Assembly (NCBI RefSeq): GCF_006345805.1
Contig: NC_042998.1
Span: 102,300,001 to 102,364,000 of the forward strand
Length of the DNA stretch: 64,000 nucleotides
Direction: 5' to 3'
Source: Octopus sinensis
Taxonomy: Eukaryota
The translations under genes were made by a program, and so were the position numbers. Under the pieces are notes generated by a model that was not told where the DNA came from, did not search any database, and worked only from the letters and a program-made list of their open reading frames with translations. Below, piece by piece: positions 43,330-61,149 of the stretch (its first letter is position 1; every line of letters starts with the position of its first letter).

Positions 43330-44510
43330 GTATATATAACGAATTAACGGGTTATAGTCACGTATTTATTTATTAGAGGCTTACATCTCTTACAGATATG
43401 AGCTTGGATGTGTCATTATTAAATTATATCAATCGATCGACTGAAAAGATGGGGAACCATTGCCCAAAAGATTGTTATGGCAAACAAGCACCCAAATAAA
43501 ATGTAAAATATCCAAAAATAACGAAGGTATTTTGTCAATATGGTATTTTCTGTTGAACTAGGTTATCTGTTTTTAGACATCACTTTTGAGCTACTACTGA
43601 CTCTTATCGCATGTGAATAGCTTTGACATCCAGTAAAGGAATTTGCCATTTTAAAACCTTGTTATAGTCAGTGGCAGGCTGTTAGTGAACACTAATACAT
43701 TTTGGAGAAAATGTCAAATTTTCAAATATATCAACAAAATGGTAGCTAAGTTACCATTAATTATTCTAAAGCTTAAGTAGCAAAATCTATTTCTTAGCTG
43801 CAAATTCATGTAATGAAATCTAACTCCTGACATTTAAAATAAAGTAGTCACCAATAGCCGACTACTGACCATAAAGAGGATGTAGGGTATTACATTTCGT
43901 TACTGGGTGTCAATATTATTCATTCGTTGTAAGAGCTAACAATGGATAAGGGTTGGTGGCTAAAATTAAATGTTTATAAAATAATCACATTTCATCCCCC
44001 TTTTTTTCTTCGTTGCTTTTCCTTTCCTTTTTCTTCTTTTTGCTTTCTTTTCCTCTGGCATTGGTTTGTTTCGGATCTGAAGAATATAGCTTCAGGTATA
44101 AATGTATAAAATTATTGTACTTTTTCAAGATTTAAATTCGATTAACTCTTTCTTTTTTTCATTAAATTTCTAAGTTTCAGCTGTATAAATAATTAACAAT
44201 ATAGATGTACTAATATAGAAAACAATAAATGATTTTCGAGACTATGTACATTTTATATGCAAAGCAGCTTTTGCATCAAATAACGCTAGAATGGATTGTG
44301 AATGGCATGTTAAAATATAGTGAAAAAATACAAGGAATATTATAAGTTGAGAATTACAGTACTACATATAGACGTACTTGATATTTTGCCATAATTATAA
44401 CTGATTTGGAGGACATTGGTCAATGATGATTGTATATTATGCAAGCTGTCAATAGACTCAACAAAAATGCACATCAGCATAAAGGCTTCGATTTTACACT
44501 TAACGTTATA
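43330..44510 (+). pseudogene. nAChR-like pseudogene with an internal deletion
   Basis: LTGYSHV, MSLDVSLLNYIN..EK, FLDITFELLL (43570-43600), FGENV/EKMS, YWVSILFI, **LYIMQAVNRL (EWKYVA.V.DRL-like). Confidence 0.72.
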
Positions 44511-44721
44511 AATGTATAAAATATATGCACGTAAATGTTAAAACTAGTTTATTCGTTATGAGATCTAACTGAAAATTATATAACAGAATTACGAAGACAT
44601 GAAATAGCAGAAGTTAACACATTAGTTTACGAAACACTAAAGATGTTGATGAGGACTGGGCAAAATTAATCATATATACGAAGCAATTCCTGGGAGATAT
44701 GAATGGATACGTTTCAAGGTA

Positions 44722-45181
44722 ATGTGTCCAGAAGCTGGCTACCCGCATGGTTCATGGTCTTAAAAATTTGTCCTATGAAGAAAGGCTGAGGACGCTCGAC
44801 CGTTTTTCTCTAGAAAAACGCCGCCGCCGTGGTGATCTCATTCTCGCCCACAACATCATAAGAGGAAAGTGTAACCTCTCGAAAGAGCTGTTCTTTACTC
44901 CTGCTCCAGAGCGTCGGCTGCGGGGTCATTCTGAAAAGCTCTACCTGCGATGATTTCATCTCAATCGAAGGAGAGGAGCTTCTCCGTCCGGGTTGCGGAT
45001 CAGTGGAACAAGCTGCCAGACGAGGTGGTGAAGATGCCGACGACCGCTTTGTTCAAAGCCTCCCTTGACCTCAAGTGGCCTGAACTCTTTACATGAACAC
45101 CACCCTGTACTTAACTCCATGTCCTCCTACATGGCCTTGCTATTTGCTTTTGAGCCAAATTAACTAACTAACTAACTAACT
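44722..45181 (+). mobile_element. Relatively young CR1 LINE 3' end
   Basis: VQKLATRMVHGLKNLSYEERL..LEKRRRRGDLI..WNKLP, with a (TAAC)n tail. Confidence 0.93.
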
Positions 45182-45295
45182 GAAGGCACATGCATGTGTG
45201 CGCACAACCTTATATGACCAGGTCACATAAACGCAACAATAAAAGCTGACATTCAAAATTACAATTAAATTAGTAGGTTATACACATGCACACAC

Positions 45296-45329
<34 letters not shown>

Positions 45330-45430
45330 ACACTTACACACATGTATATATGTCTATTTATATATGGAAGTATACATATATGTCTGTTCATTTCCACATA
45401 TATGAGATATACATAATTTCTTGAAACTTA

Positions 45431-45848
45431 TTACTCTTTACTCTTTTACTCTTTTACTTGTTTCAGTCATTTGACTGCGGCCATGCTGGAGCACAGCCTT
45501 TAATCGAGCAACTCGACCCCGGACTTATTCTTTTGTAAGCCCAGTACTTATTCTATCGGTCTCTTTTGCCGAAGTGCTAAGTAACGGGGACATAAACACA
45601 CCAGCATCTGTTATTAAGCAATGCTAAGGGGACAAACACAGAGACACAAACACAAACACGCATATATACATATATACATATATACGACGGGCTTCTTTCA
45701 GTTTCTGTCTACCAAATCCACTCACAAGGCTTTGGTCGGTCCGAGGCTATAGTAGAAGACACTTGCCCAAGGTGCCACGCAGTGGGACTGAACCCGGAAC
45801 CATGTGGTTGGTAAACAAGCTACTTACCACACAGCCACTCCTGCACCT
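45431..45848 (-). mobile_element. Full-length tRNA-derived CORE-type octopus SINE
   Basis: A-box TGGCTGTGTGG, B-box GGTTCAGTCCC, ACCTTGGGCAAGT core, (AGTAAAAG)n tail. Confidence 0.93.
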
Positions 45849-46530
45849 ATATTGTGTAACCTTATTGGGAAAATGGATTGATCGCAGTACTAACATTAAT
45901 ACAGATGCATTTATTAACACTGCAGTAATAAAAAATACATAAAGCCACATGCTGGAAATATAACTCAATTCATGCGCTCACTTATCACTTGAAATGAAAT
46001 ATGTATTTAGATCTTTCTGACACCGATTTATTTTTAATTATCTACGCCATTTCACGCTTTTTATTTATTGTATGCAATTGTGTTCGTTCTCTTACATAGC
46101 TTTCGCAAACACGCACGCTATCCGACACGAGAACCTCTTGGTGTTTACTTGTTCTGTATACGAATCAAGAATATTAACGATAATTGCTTCAAATTACAAA
46201 TTATCATGATACAGACGCACGACACATTTAAAATGCCCTCGGTAAAATACATCGGAAAAAGCGGACAGTACATATCTGTTCTATCTGGTCCGAAGAGATA
46301 TTCAAGTCATTCTCATCTAATTTATTTGCAAACAGTTTGTATTCAACAACATTTTCACATCTTTTTTCTACCAACCTACCTCCTGCTCTCTCTGTCTCTC
46401 TCTATCTATCTCTATCTCTTTCTATGTATGTATGTATAGATACACACATATATGTGAATATATGTGCATATGTAGCTGTATAGATGAGTGTCTGTGTATA
46501 TATCTATATCTATGCCCATCTCTCTCTCTC

Positions 46531-46603
<73 letters not shown>

Positions 46604-46644
46604 TCGAATTTGTAGAACGTGCATGGAATGATATATCAGTTGAA

Positions 46645-48760
46645 TAAAGTTAAAACATAGTCTGGTTTTCACGTCTTTTATTATGGTATTTTAAGAAAAC
46701 TAGCGCTTTCATACATAGTGTACTCATCAGATTTATTTCAGATGTGTTTAACTGACGATTGAGTTCTTGACAACTTTAGAACCTCATAAGACGCATCAAC
46801 CAGCTGAATTTTTAGAATACCTTTCTGATCAATCCGCTTGCTCTTAAACATCACAGTTTGCCAGGCGTAACTTGTTTATATTTATTAATCTACATCATTA
46901 ACTATTTGTTATATTATTGCTGTTATTTCAGTCCAGAACAGGTTTGAACATTTTAATAAACCGTTTTTCTTTTATCGTTCTTCCAAACACGCTTGTGTAG
47001 TTTGTGGAAATGAAAAATTAGAGACATTTTCTGATCACATGTCTCTGTATGTTCGCTCAGTGGAATTTGGCGAACATAGGTGTTCCGGATTTTTGTCTGT
47101 GGACACGTGAGCGTTTCGATAATGCATTCACTGTCTCGCCTATATTTAATTTCTCGTAATTCGGGCATTTAGTGCAGAAGATCAAATTTTTACTTTCGCA
47201 TTTCATAAATGCATTTGTAAAAATCTGTTCATTTTTGTTCTAATGGATATACCCGTATTCATGTAGTGACACGTCCCACATGTGTTATCATTAAACTTGG
47301 ATACTGCGAAAGTGTTCTCCCGTTTGTTTATGTTGAATATTGCCTTTGTTAATAGTTTCTTTACGTTACATGGTAGCCTTTAGCTTAAGATAAATATTTT
47401 ATTAGTTATTTTTTTCACTTTGTTTTATGATTGGCTAATTGTTTTTTTGATGATGTTAAGAATATATTGGTGATGCAGATTTTGTGTTACTAGAAATGGT
47501 ATTAAGCTTTTTTGATGGGTTCATCTTGTTCGTATTGCTCTAAGTTGTTTCATTGCTATCTCTTTTGCTCGTTGCATGCTATTTCCCTAAATAGGGTAGA
47601 TTTGCTTGAGCAGAGATCCTTTGGGTTCTACACGTCTTGTGCTTCTGGTTTTTGGATCATCGACTACAGTACAAATTTTGCTAGCTAGACAGTACTGGAT
47701 GATATCGTTTCTATGTGTCTTTACTATATCTTTTAAAGGTCATGCCTTAGCTCTCTACAATTTTATATAGATTTTGTTCCAAGCATCTCCATACTGAATT
47801 CGCGAAAACTGGAGCAAATCGTGCCCCAATAGCTGTGCCTCGAATCTGGACGTAGTTTTTTTCTCCATTTAAAGGAAATGTATTATTCTCGAGGATGAGA
47901 CTGACCGCGTCTAGTATGAAGGTTACAGTAAATATACTGGAGATCGCTTCTCTATGTTTCTCGACCGAATATTTTATGGCAGTAAGTACTAAACCATGTG
48001 GAATGTTTGTATATAAGTATGTTACATCAAAACTAACAGTGCATGGGATTCTGTTGCTTTGGGCAGATGTGACAGGAAATCCATGTCATCTCGAATGAAA
48101 CTGGGTATGTGACAACATAATGTTTTGTTTTGGATAATGTCTAGGAGGTTGCTCAGACGATGTGTAGGACAGGCTGGACCAGCTATAATGGGTCTCAGTT
48201 TAAGGTATTTTGGTTGTAGTAGTTTTATGTACTCACAACCTTGATCCTTTATAGCGCTCTGTATTTTTTGACTTATGTATTTTGGGTAAGCCATAAAAGT
48301 TGCTGGTTTTCGACTCGGAATTGGTAATATAGTCTCTTTTCATTAGAGGGGAGGTAGTTATATTGTTTTGAGACGAAATAATTGAGTTTCTTCAGGATCC
48401 GGTGGTCAATATTCGAGGGTATTTCAAGGTAGACCGTTGTATCGTTTAAATGGACTTCCGCTTGATCCCGGTAATATTACGTATCCATTATAATAATGGC
48501 ATCCCCTTTATCCGCTTGTTTCATGACAATTGTGTTGTCATTTGGAAGACATTTAGAAGAGCGGACTTTTCTAATATAGATCAAAAAGCAATTCTAAAAC
48601 TTCAGCTGGTTAGAGCGTTCTAAGAGGTACTAAAGTTGTCAAGGAATCAACTGTCAGATAAACAAATTTGAAATCTGATGAGTGCACAATGTATGAAATC
48701 GCTAATTTTGTTAAAAAACCATGATAAAAACCCCTGAAAACCAGACTGTTTTAATTTTAT
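46645..48760 (-). mobile_element. Penelope-like element (Neptune-type) with inverted hammerhead pLTRs
   Basis: KQADKGDA, LRPIIAGPACPTHRLS, QIRGTAIGARFAP. Arms 46645-46835 and 48575-48760. Hammerheads at 46696-46735 (-) and 48671-48708 (+). Confidence 0.9.
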
Positions 48761-48934
48761 TCAACTCAAACAAGCACACACACCCACACACATACGCACA
48801 TACACACACACACATATCATCATCATCATCATCATTATCATCGTTTAACGTCTGCTTTCCATGCTAGCATGGGTTGGACGATTTGACTGACATATATGAC
48901 ATATTTGACATATTTGACTGACATATAATAATTT

Positions 48935-49380
48935 AAGCTCGATTTATAAATATACTAGACTAAAATTATCTACGGCTGAAATTCATGGGTGAGCTATGTG
49001 ACTGAAGTGGGTGCGTACGGAAAATTGTAAGCATTTTATGTCCTGTTCAGCTCCCAGTGGTTCGTCCCATTTTTTCAGTCAATTTTGTACGTTTAGTAGC
49101 TCTAAATGGAATATATATTATATATATAATATATATTTACAGTTACTATTAAAAATGATCTTCAGGTTTGTTTCCAAAATTTATAAATATACATACTAGA
49201 CTAAAATTATCTATGCGTTAAATTCGGCTGAAATTTATAGGTGGGCTATATGGCTGAATTGTGTGTATATGGAGGTATGTATGAATTGATGTCGTGTTCA
49301 ATTCCCAGTAGCTCGGCTCAATTTTTGGTCAATTGTTTAGGTTAAGTCGCTCTAAATGGGAGCGTATATTATATAATAAA
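48935..49380. repeat. Diverged direct duplication (about 200-250 bp x2)
   Basis: tactagactaaaattatcta at 48953 and 49194. Both copies end in gctctaaatgg..tatattatata. Confidence 0.8.
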
Positions 49381-49455
49381 AATATATATAATCATAAATA
49401 ACATATAATTATATATATGAATATACATACATATATATATATATATGTGTGTGTG

Positions 49456-49505
<50 letters not shown>

Positions 49506-49507
49506 CT

Positions 49508-49554
<47 letters not shown>

Positions 49555-49576
49555 CATATATATATACACACACACT

Positions 49577-49624
<48 letters not shown>

Positions 49625-50229
49625 CATGTATGTATGTATGTATACACGCGTTGCAGTGTGGTACGAAGTTTGCTTTCCACCTTGGAGAAATGTCTTATGC
49701 TCCGGCTACTGGCCAACCGAAGCTTTGTGAATGTATTTGGTAGCCACTGCTCAGTTTTGATTCTTATTAAATCTCCGGCTTGGTCTGCAAGTGAAATAAT
49801 TTGGTATTGAGAGTGTAAATCAAACATGTCCAGAAGTGGTTCAACATAGATCTGTTTGATATGGGATAGAAATAGAGAACATTTTGTATCACCTTAGAGC
49901 ATTTAATTTATACGGAGTGGGTATAGTCGATAGGTAAAGTCTCTTATAGCTGTTTTTAGAACATGAAGCGTATGAATCTGGTGCATGTGGAGAATATGCA
50001 ATTTAGCAAAGATTTTCATGTAATTTCACAAAAGCGTCATCAGAGAGAGAGAGAGTGAGAGAGAGAGAGGGGGGAGAGATTAATACAGTTATTGCTCGTT
50101 TGTGAAGAACTAAGTAATTGCACATGACACACTTTCGAAAATATAGATCGGATCATATGCGCTACAAACATTCTGAATAAATAGGTTAAACACTTAGTTG
50201 AAAACACTGTGTAAATCACATTCACGGAT

Positions 50230-52000
50230 CAGTAAGACGTTTGCTAAATATTGATAAATGTAAATGGCAAAATCAAACAACATAGTAATTATTTACATTA
50301 TCATAATACGGTTATTACAAAGTTTACAAATGTAACCAATCTTTAGAAAGGGAAAAACATCAGTACTCTCATTAAGTGGTTGAAAACATTTAAACAAAAA
50401 TTATAACAAATTTACCAATTTCCATAATATAAAATTTTATCCCTCCTCCCTCTCTCTCCCTCTCTCTTTAAATATCTAATTATGAGTGTTATAGAATCCA
50501 TTAAGATATATTACAACATAGCTAAGGAATAATGTATTTACCATTATGGATAATATAAACACACATTTTCTGCTCGGCAGAAGAATATGATGCCCCACAC
50601 TTCACTTCAAACCTGTTAGTTGCAAAGAAACACATCACTTCTTTATTAATGTAAAGCCTATTATTAATAGTAAAAAATCATTGTAATTATTTGTGTGATT
50701 GTGTCAATTTTCCCAAATGATCAAACATGTTCGAGCTCGTCTAAACCTCGCAAACTAGGTGCAATTATATTGAAATTTGTCGGTAATCGTCATCTTGCTG
50801 ACAACATACATCTAATATTCTCATAAGCAGGTAAATGAATTTTAGGGAGAAATTATTTCTCAGTTACTTGAAAACTCAACATCTTTAGTTTGCGAGCCAC
50901 TTATCCTTATCGCGAGACATATTTATTGAAGTAAACGCTAAATCACAAATATCTGAGAAGTTATTGAATGCATCAATCACATATTACATGATATACAAGG
51001 TCTGATCAATACGTTCCTGCATACTTGAGATAGTAACGAAGCTGAATCACGTAGAGTAAAGCCGCTTGGGACAGATTTTAACTTAGTGTATAACTCTACT
51101 GTCCACATGCACTAAGGTTTAACATTTTAGCTCACTTCCGCTGTTTACAGCAGTGTTTGGAAAGAAGGTGTGTAGCGTGTGATCGGTGCATTGACTATGA
51201 CACAGAAAGGTGTCATCACGATACCTGCACAGAGGCCAGCGCAAAGTTGCAGAAAGTGTATGGAGAGGGGTGTATGGAGAGACGATGAAAAATTTTTGAA
51301 AGGTTTGCGTAGACGTCTGAGCAAGCATCGCCAAACTTTTGACAAATTGTCATGTTCTCTGTCATGATCAATGCGATGATCACACACTACACACCCTTCT
51401 TTCAAGCACTGCTATAAACAGCAGAAGTGAGCTAGAACGTTAAGCCTTAGTGAGCATGCATCGCAGATTTCAAGGCAATTCTGTTCCAAGCGGCTTTACT
51501 CTGCGTGCTTTGGCTTCGTTAATATAACAAAAATCTGGATAATTACCGATCAGACTGCGTACATAAATGCATGCAATTGTACTACTTGAGTATTTCCTAC
51601 AAATTAGCATATTTCGATTATGAACAAAAAAAAACAACTAGGGTCCAATCTTATTGTATATGTACAAAAAATTCGTCTTTGACTTCGCAACCGGACAAAT
51701 GATGCAATAAAACCAAAACATGTCCGTAGCTCTACTCTAAATCAAGTAGCATTTAAAATATGTAAGTAGGTATTTCGTGATATTATTTCTGAATATTTTG
51801 AATTTATTTTCTCTTTTCTCATTTTCCCAACAAATTATCTAGAAGTCTTTTCTTTAGCAATTTTCAGAAAATAAGGAAATACACGTAATGCAAAACATAT
51901 TTGAACATATATTCAATAAATAAAATTACGGATAAACTAGTGCATAATAATACATAACGGTATTAACCAGAACAATTAGGTGGAGTCACTTAATACAAAG
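50230..52000 (+). pseudogene. alpha7-like nAChR pseudogene split by a MITE
   Basis: RRLL, RLLQ, EKHQ, KWLK, SAEEYDAPHFTSNLLV (50574-50621; cf. alpha7 SADERFDATFHTNVLV), FPNDQTC (50710-50730), GK*IL, TYPY. After the MITE: TNDAIKP, SRYF. Confidence 0.8.
50994..51561. mobile_element. Palindromic mariner-derived MITE (two 5' ends fused)
   Basis: About 210-bp imperfect inverted arms with TA flanks. Confidence 0.85.
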
Positions 52001-52134
52001 CGTGTTTATATATATTATATATATATATATATAGTCTTTTATTCTTTTACACGTTTCAGTCACCTGACTGCGGCCATGCTGGAGTACCGCCTATATATAT
52101 ATGCATATATGTATGTATATATATATATATATAT

Positions 52135-52256
<122 letters not shown>

Positions 52257-52334
52257 TCACATGAATATGGTACTTACGTTGAGGCACCAGAATTTAGTAC
52301 GGTATTTTCCATACAATTTCAAAGTAAGGTGATT

Positions 52335-54220
52335 AAAATCAAAATAAGCAACAATGATATCTAGAGGTAATGCTGTACGATCGTTTCATGCAACTCCATT
52401 TAATTGAACAATGCAATCATTACTTCAAATTAAAATTATCTTTCCTCAGCTGCACAAAGACAGAATTTAATTAAATTAGAACAGATGGACACATTATTAT
52501 AATTATACCTAAAATCTCCAAGATGTTAAAGAGATAGACAAAGAACAGGCTGTGATCGCTGTTCTTTATCTGTATTAAAGGTATCTTTCTTTGTATTCTC
52601 AATGACCACTCAATATAATTCAATCCAACTATTTCCTATTTGATGACACATACTATCGTCAAAAATGCGGAATTACGATGGGAACGAAATGTTCTTGCGA
52701 ACCTAATAATAGGTTATGTAATATCACCTTATATGGAGTATCACTTCAGAAATATGGTCACCCATTTTATCTCTATATAAGAGAAAATTGGAAAAGATTC
52801 CTGGATGACTGTTTTATCATTTGGAAGGAGATCATCGACAAACCTTTGGATTTCAAATGATATACACTAAATGATATAAATAGTAACATTCAATTCACAA
52901 TGAACAACTCTCATCTTTAGACATCATGATAAAAGTCAACAATCACATCATAACTGACATCTCTTATAAACCAACTGATTGAAAACAAAATCTCCTTTTT
53001 AACTCATGCCACCCGAAACACATCAAAATAAATATCCCTTTCAACTTAGCATAAAGGATTTGCACAATATTGTCTGATAGAACAACTCGGGATCTTCAAG
53101 ACTACAAAAAACCCTTACTGAAAGACAATATCTACCTTCACATATAGACGAGAATTAAACGTGCCAAAAAAAAAAATAGACATAAAAAACACTAAGAACA
53201 ACAAAACATAACATCACACTTCATCACAAAACATTACTATTTATATCAACACACAACCCCAGAAACAGTGAGGCATTCAACACTATGGTGCAAAATCTCC
53301 CTTTACTAACTAGAGATCCAAAAATGAACGACATCCTGAAAGCAGACAAACTCATCAAATGCAAAAAATAAGACATATCGCTAAAGAGACTACTAACAAA
53401 TGCGAAGCCTTACAAAACAACCACGAAACGAACGGTTAATAAATGTAGACGTCCAAATTGTGGAACTTTCCCCAACCTACTTGAAGGCTCGGATTTCCTT
53501 TACAAACAAGACAGAGGTTCACAATTAAAACTACTTTCTCTTGTGCCTCTGAGAACCTAATTTATGTAATAACCTGCTCGGATTTCGGACTCAAATATAT
53601 TGCATAGACTGGTATAACCTTGAGGAAGAGAACCACTCTACATAAAGAGCAAATCCATTTTCCATAATACAGGCAAAATCCTCTCAGTGAACGTATAGAA
53701 AAATGTGCAGATAACATCAAACCAAATTTCACAGTCTTCCCCTTCTAACAGTGCAAAGACACAATCTCTCCAAAATAATGTTTCAATAAAGAATTTTTTT
53801 TATTGAAAAATACAGAACACGTCTTAATATGCACGCATAACCAACTTTTTACATATTTCAATTCACGATTACATCACTGTAAATAAATCCTCTCACTAAA
53901 CAGGTTTTTCGAAACCCTTTTTTTTGTCTGTACATATATATTCCCCTCCCCTCACCGAAAGCTGAACAGTTATTTCCCTTGCTAACAACAATAACAATAA
54001 TAACGGTAACCAATTATCTCCCCTTATTTTTCTACTTGTGAAGTCAGTCACTCGAAAATATCATCACACACATGAACAAAATTTCTTCTTAAGAAAATAC
54101 ATATTGAAATAAGTAAACCATGATATCATGAATAGCGATAGCGAAACGGGTCGCTATATTAAAAATTATATTAAAACTATGTAAAGTGTGCGTATTTTCT
54201 TTTTTTAATTTCTTATATAT
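52335..54220 (+). mobile_element. Penelope-like element (Neptune-type RT + GIY-YIG) preceded by an inverted pLTR
   Basis: GITMGTK, RFLDDCFIIW, YKPTD..SCHPKH, CRRPNCGT, NLIYVITC. Hammerhead on minus at 52371-52454 (GAAA-CGATCG-TA). Confidence 0.9.
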
Positions 54221-55430
54221 AGATTCATTATACGTTAGCGAAAGGAAATTACACGGTTATAGAGACTGAGTTGAATAATTTGCTCTTACTAATCTTACAC
54301 AATTGTACTCTTAATTAGGTCATCTGAATACAATTATACATGAGATTTGTGTTATAATTAACGAAAGAACATACGTGGGACTGTTGAAAAGTTCTTGGTT
54401 TTACGGTATCGTGAAACGCCTGGTGGGTGTCCTAACCTTCCGAGTTGTTTTACAGGGACTAGAAAAATTGAAAGACCGCTGTGTGTGAATCTGAGAGTGA
54501 ATGAAATGATAATTAACTGATCCTCCTGTATATTCTTTTACCCAAAGTCAGGATATTTCCATCACCCTCTCGTATGTGTTAAACAATGTTGAATATAAAA
54601 GCAATGTTAACCGTTTTTTGTTTTTTTTTACATCAGAAATTATATATATTGTATTACATTGAAAATAGTTTAGAGCCATTTTCATTCGTAAATTTTGTTT
54701 CTGAAATTATTAGCAGCAACTTCTTGTCTTGTGGCGCCTTTCTACATGTGAATATAAGCACACTATGGTAAATATTCTGAACTGTACAATAGACATATCA
54801 AAATAATATTAATCAACTGTCATCATAAAGGAATCACAATGAATTTGAATTGAGTAATTGTTGATGTTGAAGTATCTGAATTTATAGAGATATTTCACTT
54901 AGACATAAGTCCACACATTTATAATTCAGTACAATGATATTCCTTGAGGGTTAGAAATCTCAGGTTTCACCGAGCGAAATTTATTCTAAGGTATAATGTT
55001 CATATTTCCCATTTGTCAAAGGAAATAACTTAGTCTATTTCATTGATTTTACTCCATAATTTAGTCTGAGGGCATAAATCACTTATTTGATAATGTAAAA
55101 GCTACAGGTAGGTATTTTGTGTTTCATCACTAGTGCTACATTAATTGCAAGAGTCAATACTCTAATTTCTTAAAAGCGGAGTTCACATTCTTTTCAATAA
55201 TAACCATGTGTTCTCAGAATCCTACTTCTAATAAGCGGTAGGAAAATTCAATTCACAAACTAAGAATTGAGTTGGTGTATGCATTTAATACGCTGTAGTT
55301 TAGTTAAAAGATATCCGAAACGGAATATATTAAACTCTCTGTCGATTTCTAATCCGACAAAATGCCGCTTGCTATTCCGATTTACCTTTTCTGTTTACAT
55401 TTTTATTATACGACACTGGAGTTATGAGAC
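54220..55430 (+). pseudogene. nAChR-like pseudogene with a short intracellular loop (small MITE at 54372-54574)
   Basis: ERKLHGY, INER, IENS, IISSN/LVLWR, NCTIDISK (C at 54783), VSEFIE..LDI, FIFPIC, GHKSL, TM4 CRLLFRFTFSVYIFII. Confidence 0.75.
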
Positions 55431-55760
55431 TAATATACTTGTTCTGCCTTGATGCTGGATTGCCTAAATAGCAAAATGTAGGTGCTGAAACTCACGCTGA
55501 TATGACTGATATTGTAATCTGTACAAGAGAAATGTAAACTTTGCATATCTTTTAATACTGAAGTGCGTACGTGCCCCAACACATTAATAGCATCAAACAG
55601 AAATATTTCAAAGTGTTGTTTATTTTCCAGCAACTTATTGCAGTTAATGTAATTAAATTTCATATAGAAGGTGTAGAAGATATATGTATATCAGTGAAAT
55701 GACTGAAAATGAATTTCGTTGCTAATTAATCAAAACGTATGTGCGACAAATAAATGTGTT
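55430..55760 (-). pseudogene. nAChR-like N-terminal fragment
   Basis: ORF 55430-55663: FEIFLFDAINV..KDMQSLHFSCTDYNISHISVS. Confidence 0.5.
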
Positions 55761-55779
55761 ATATACTTATACCACACAC

Positions 55780-58600
<2,821 letters not shown>

Positions 58601-59309
58601 TTTGTTGAGTTTCTATAGGTTTTATACGTGTTCTATAAATGTTCATAACACACTTTATGTATATATATATGTGTGGTGTGTGTGTGTTTGTATGTATGCA
58701 TGTATATATATGCATATATGGTACAGAACATCACCAGCTGTAAACCAGATGACGTTTGAAAACAAATGTGTTAAATACGCAAACAGGGAAAAAAATGGAA
58801 AACAGGGCAAGTAACACAAGGAAAGTCCCTTCATCAGTTATCGGTTGAATATCTACTCAACATTTCGAGCATTCAACAACAATATGAGTCTTCGAATAAA
58901 CACCAAAATAAACTCCCATAAATCCAAAATAAAGTTTTGGATTCATGGAGGGTAATTGTTGGGCACAAAAACAGGACAGTGGAGAAATATAAGGAAACTG
59001 TATAAACACAAACATGGAGAGACATTAGACCAGAATGAGGAGGAAATAGGGAACGCTGGAAGAAATATTTTCTTTGAAAAGAGAGAAGACGATAGAGAGA
59101 GATAGAAGACGTCCAGAAAAAGAAAGATGGTCACGTGAAGGAAAGATGGACGATATTAAAGAGATACAGATAGAAAACGGTGAAGGGGAGAAAAGGGAAT
59201 TAAGGATGGGAGAGAAACAGTATAGTGTTGCATCAAAAACGTTAAGGTAAACTTACTTGGAAATGGATGCGTAGCGTTCAATTAAATAATAATATAAATA
59301 ACTTATATT

Positions 59310-59370
<61 letters not shown>

Positions 59371-59464
59371 TATATATATATAAATATATATATGTATATA
59401 TATATATATATATTAATATATAAATATATAATGTATATATTATATATATATGTATATATATATG

Positions 59465-59511
<47 letters not shown>

Positions 59512-59522
59512 ATATATATATG

Positions 59523-59576
<54 letters not shown>

Positions 59577-60681
59577 TATGCATATATGGGTAGAGGACGT
59601 CACCAACTGTAAACATTATAAAGTACGAAACAAAGAAGTTAAATACACAAACAACGACCCTTCATCAGTTGTCAGCTCTCTATCTACACATTTCGAGTCT
59701 TCAAAGAGTCTTCGAAGACTGTTGTTCCCATAAATTCCAAAATAAAATATTGGATTTACGGAGCTTCAAAGTAGATAACAAAAACAGGCGTGTGGAGACA
59801 TACAAGGAAACCGAAAGAAAACAAACATGGAGGGTTGTTAGCCCAGAACGTGGGGGAAATATTTTCTTTGAAAAGAGAAAAGATAGAAGCGAGAGATAGA
59901 AGTGTCCAGTCCTTAAAGCGTAGTGCACAAAAAGAAAGATGGTCGCGTGTGAACAACGAGAGATAGAAAAAGAGAAAAAGAGAAAGAGATGGATATATAT
60001 ATACATAATATATATATATATATACATATACATATGACTCCCACCTTCATCGCCTCTCGCCTCTTTTCGGTTGTGCTACATCTTCCGGCTGCATATAGTT
60101 TGATTTCATGGGCTTTATTTCAAACCTAATGCTCAGTTTCGAGTGTCCAACTCTGATAGCATGGTTTGAAGTTATTGGTCGTCGGGTTGCTTCGAGAGCC
60201 TGGTGATTGAAGTTTATAAATAGCTTATACATGTGAGACAAGAGGCATGTGAGGTGAAATGAAAACACAAATTTGTTCGTGATGTGTGAATGACGGACAC
60301 TAGTTTTTCACGTCGCCACACGCAAGCAAATGCATCAGACTACCTACATACTGACATTTTAGGTGCTGAAGCTTCGCATATTGGCTGTTCCTCTAATTCA
60401 AGTAAAGCCTGAATTCGTCATATACTTAAATGTGTATCGTTTTTGAGCGTATACGTTGCGCCTGTGGGCAAATATGTACTTCGTAATTAATAAAGATACT
60501 TAAATAATTTCTCTAAATATCTGAAGCAATTCAATTAATATTAATTCTTTTCAAAACCTGAGTCCAGACTTCTACGGACTTAGAAATTGTATGTGTGTGT
60601 GAGTGTTTTCCCATGTACCTATGTATAACATATTTCTATCAATCTATCTATCTATCAATCTATCTATCTATCTATCTATCA

Positions 60682-60742
<61 letters not shown>

Positions 60743-60786
60743 CCATCTGTCTGTCTGTCTGCCTGTCTGCCCCCTCTCTCTCTCTC

Positions 60787-60824
<38 letters not shown>

Positions 60825-61149
60825 CACACGTACACATACATTTATAAGTATATATAAACACATGAATTTACACTTGTATGTGCACATGCATATGTATACA
60901 CATATACATACACACACACACATATATGGAAAGAGATAGATAGCTAAATATAGACATACATATACACATGCACACATACATATATGTTACATATACGTAC
61001 ATGGACACATATATACACACAATTTCTAAGTCCCTAGAAAGCTGACCTCAGGGTTGAAAACTTTGAATACTACTTAAATAGCCCCAGGTATTTGGAGAAA
61101 TAATTTAAGTGACATTAATATATTTGATATCAAAAGTTATATTTCTCAT

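Larger units (their letters stand above)
45850..50040 (-). pseudogene. nAChR-like pseudogene split by about 3 kb of insertions
   Basis: 49750-50040: [29 protein letters not shown]. 45850-46370: LNISSDQIEQICTVRF, LDSYTE, SVSERSKYI, TM3-like WLYVFFITAVLINASVLMLVLRSIHF. Joining the two halves is inference. Confidence 0.6.

Noticed and set aside
58815-58895. CTGATGA/GAAA on the minus strand (also about 37830 and 59650-59700) as hammerheads
   Set aside because: I could not form stems I-III in any permutation.
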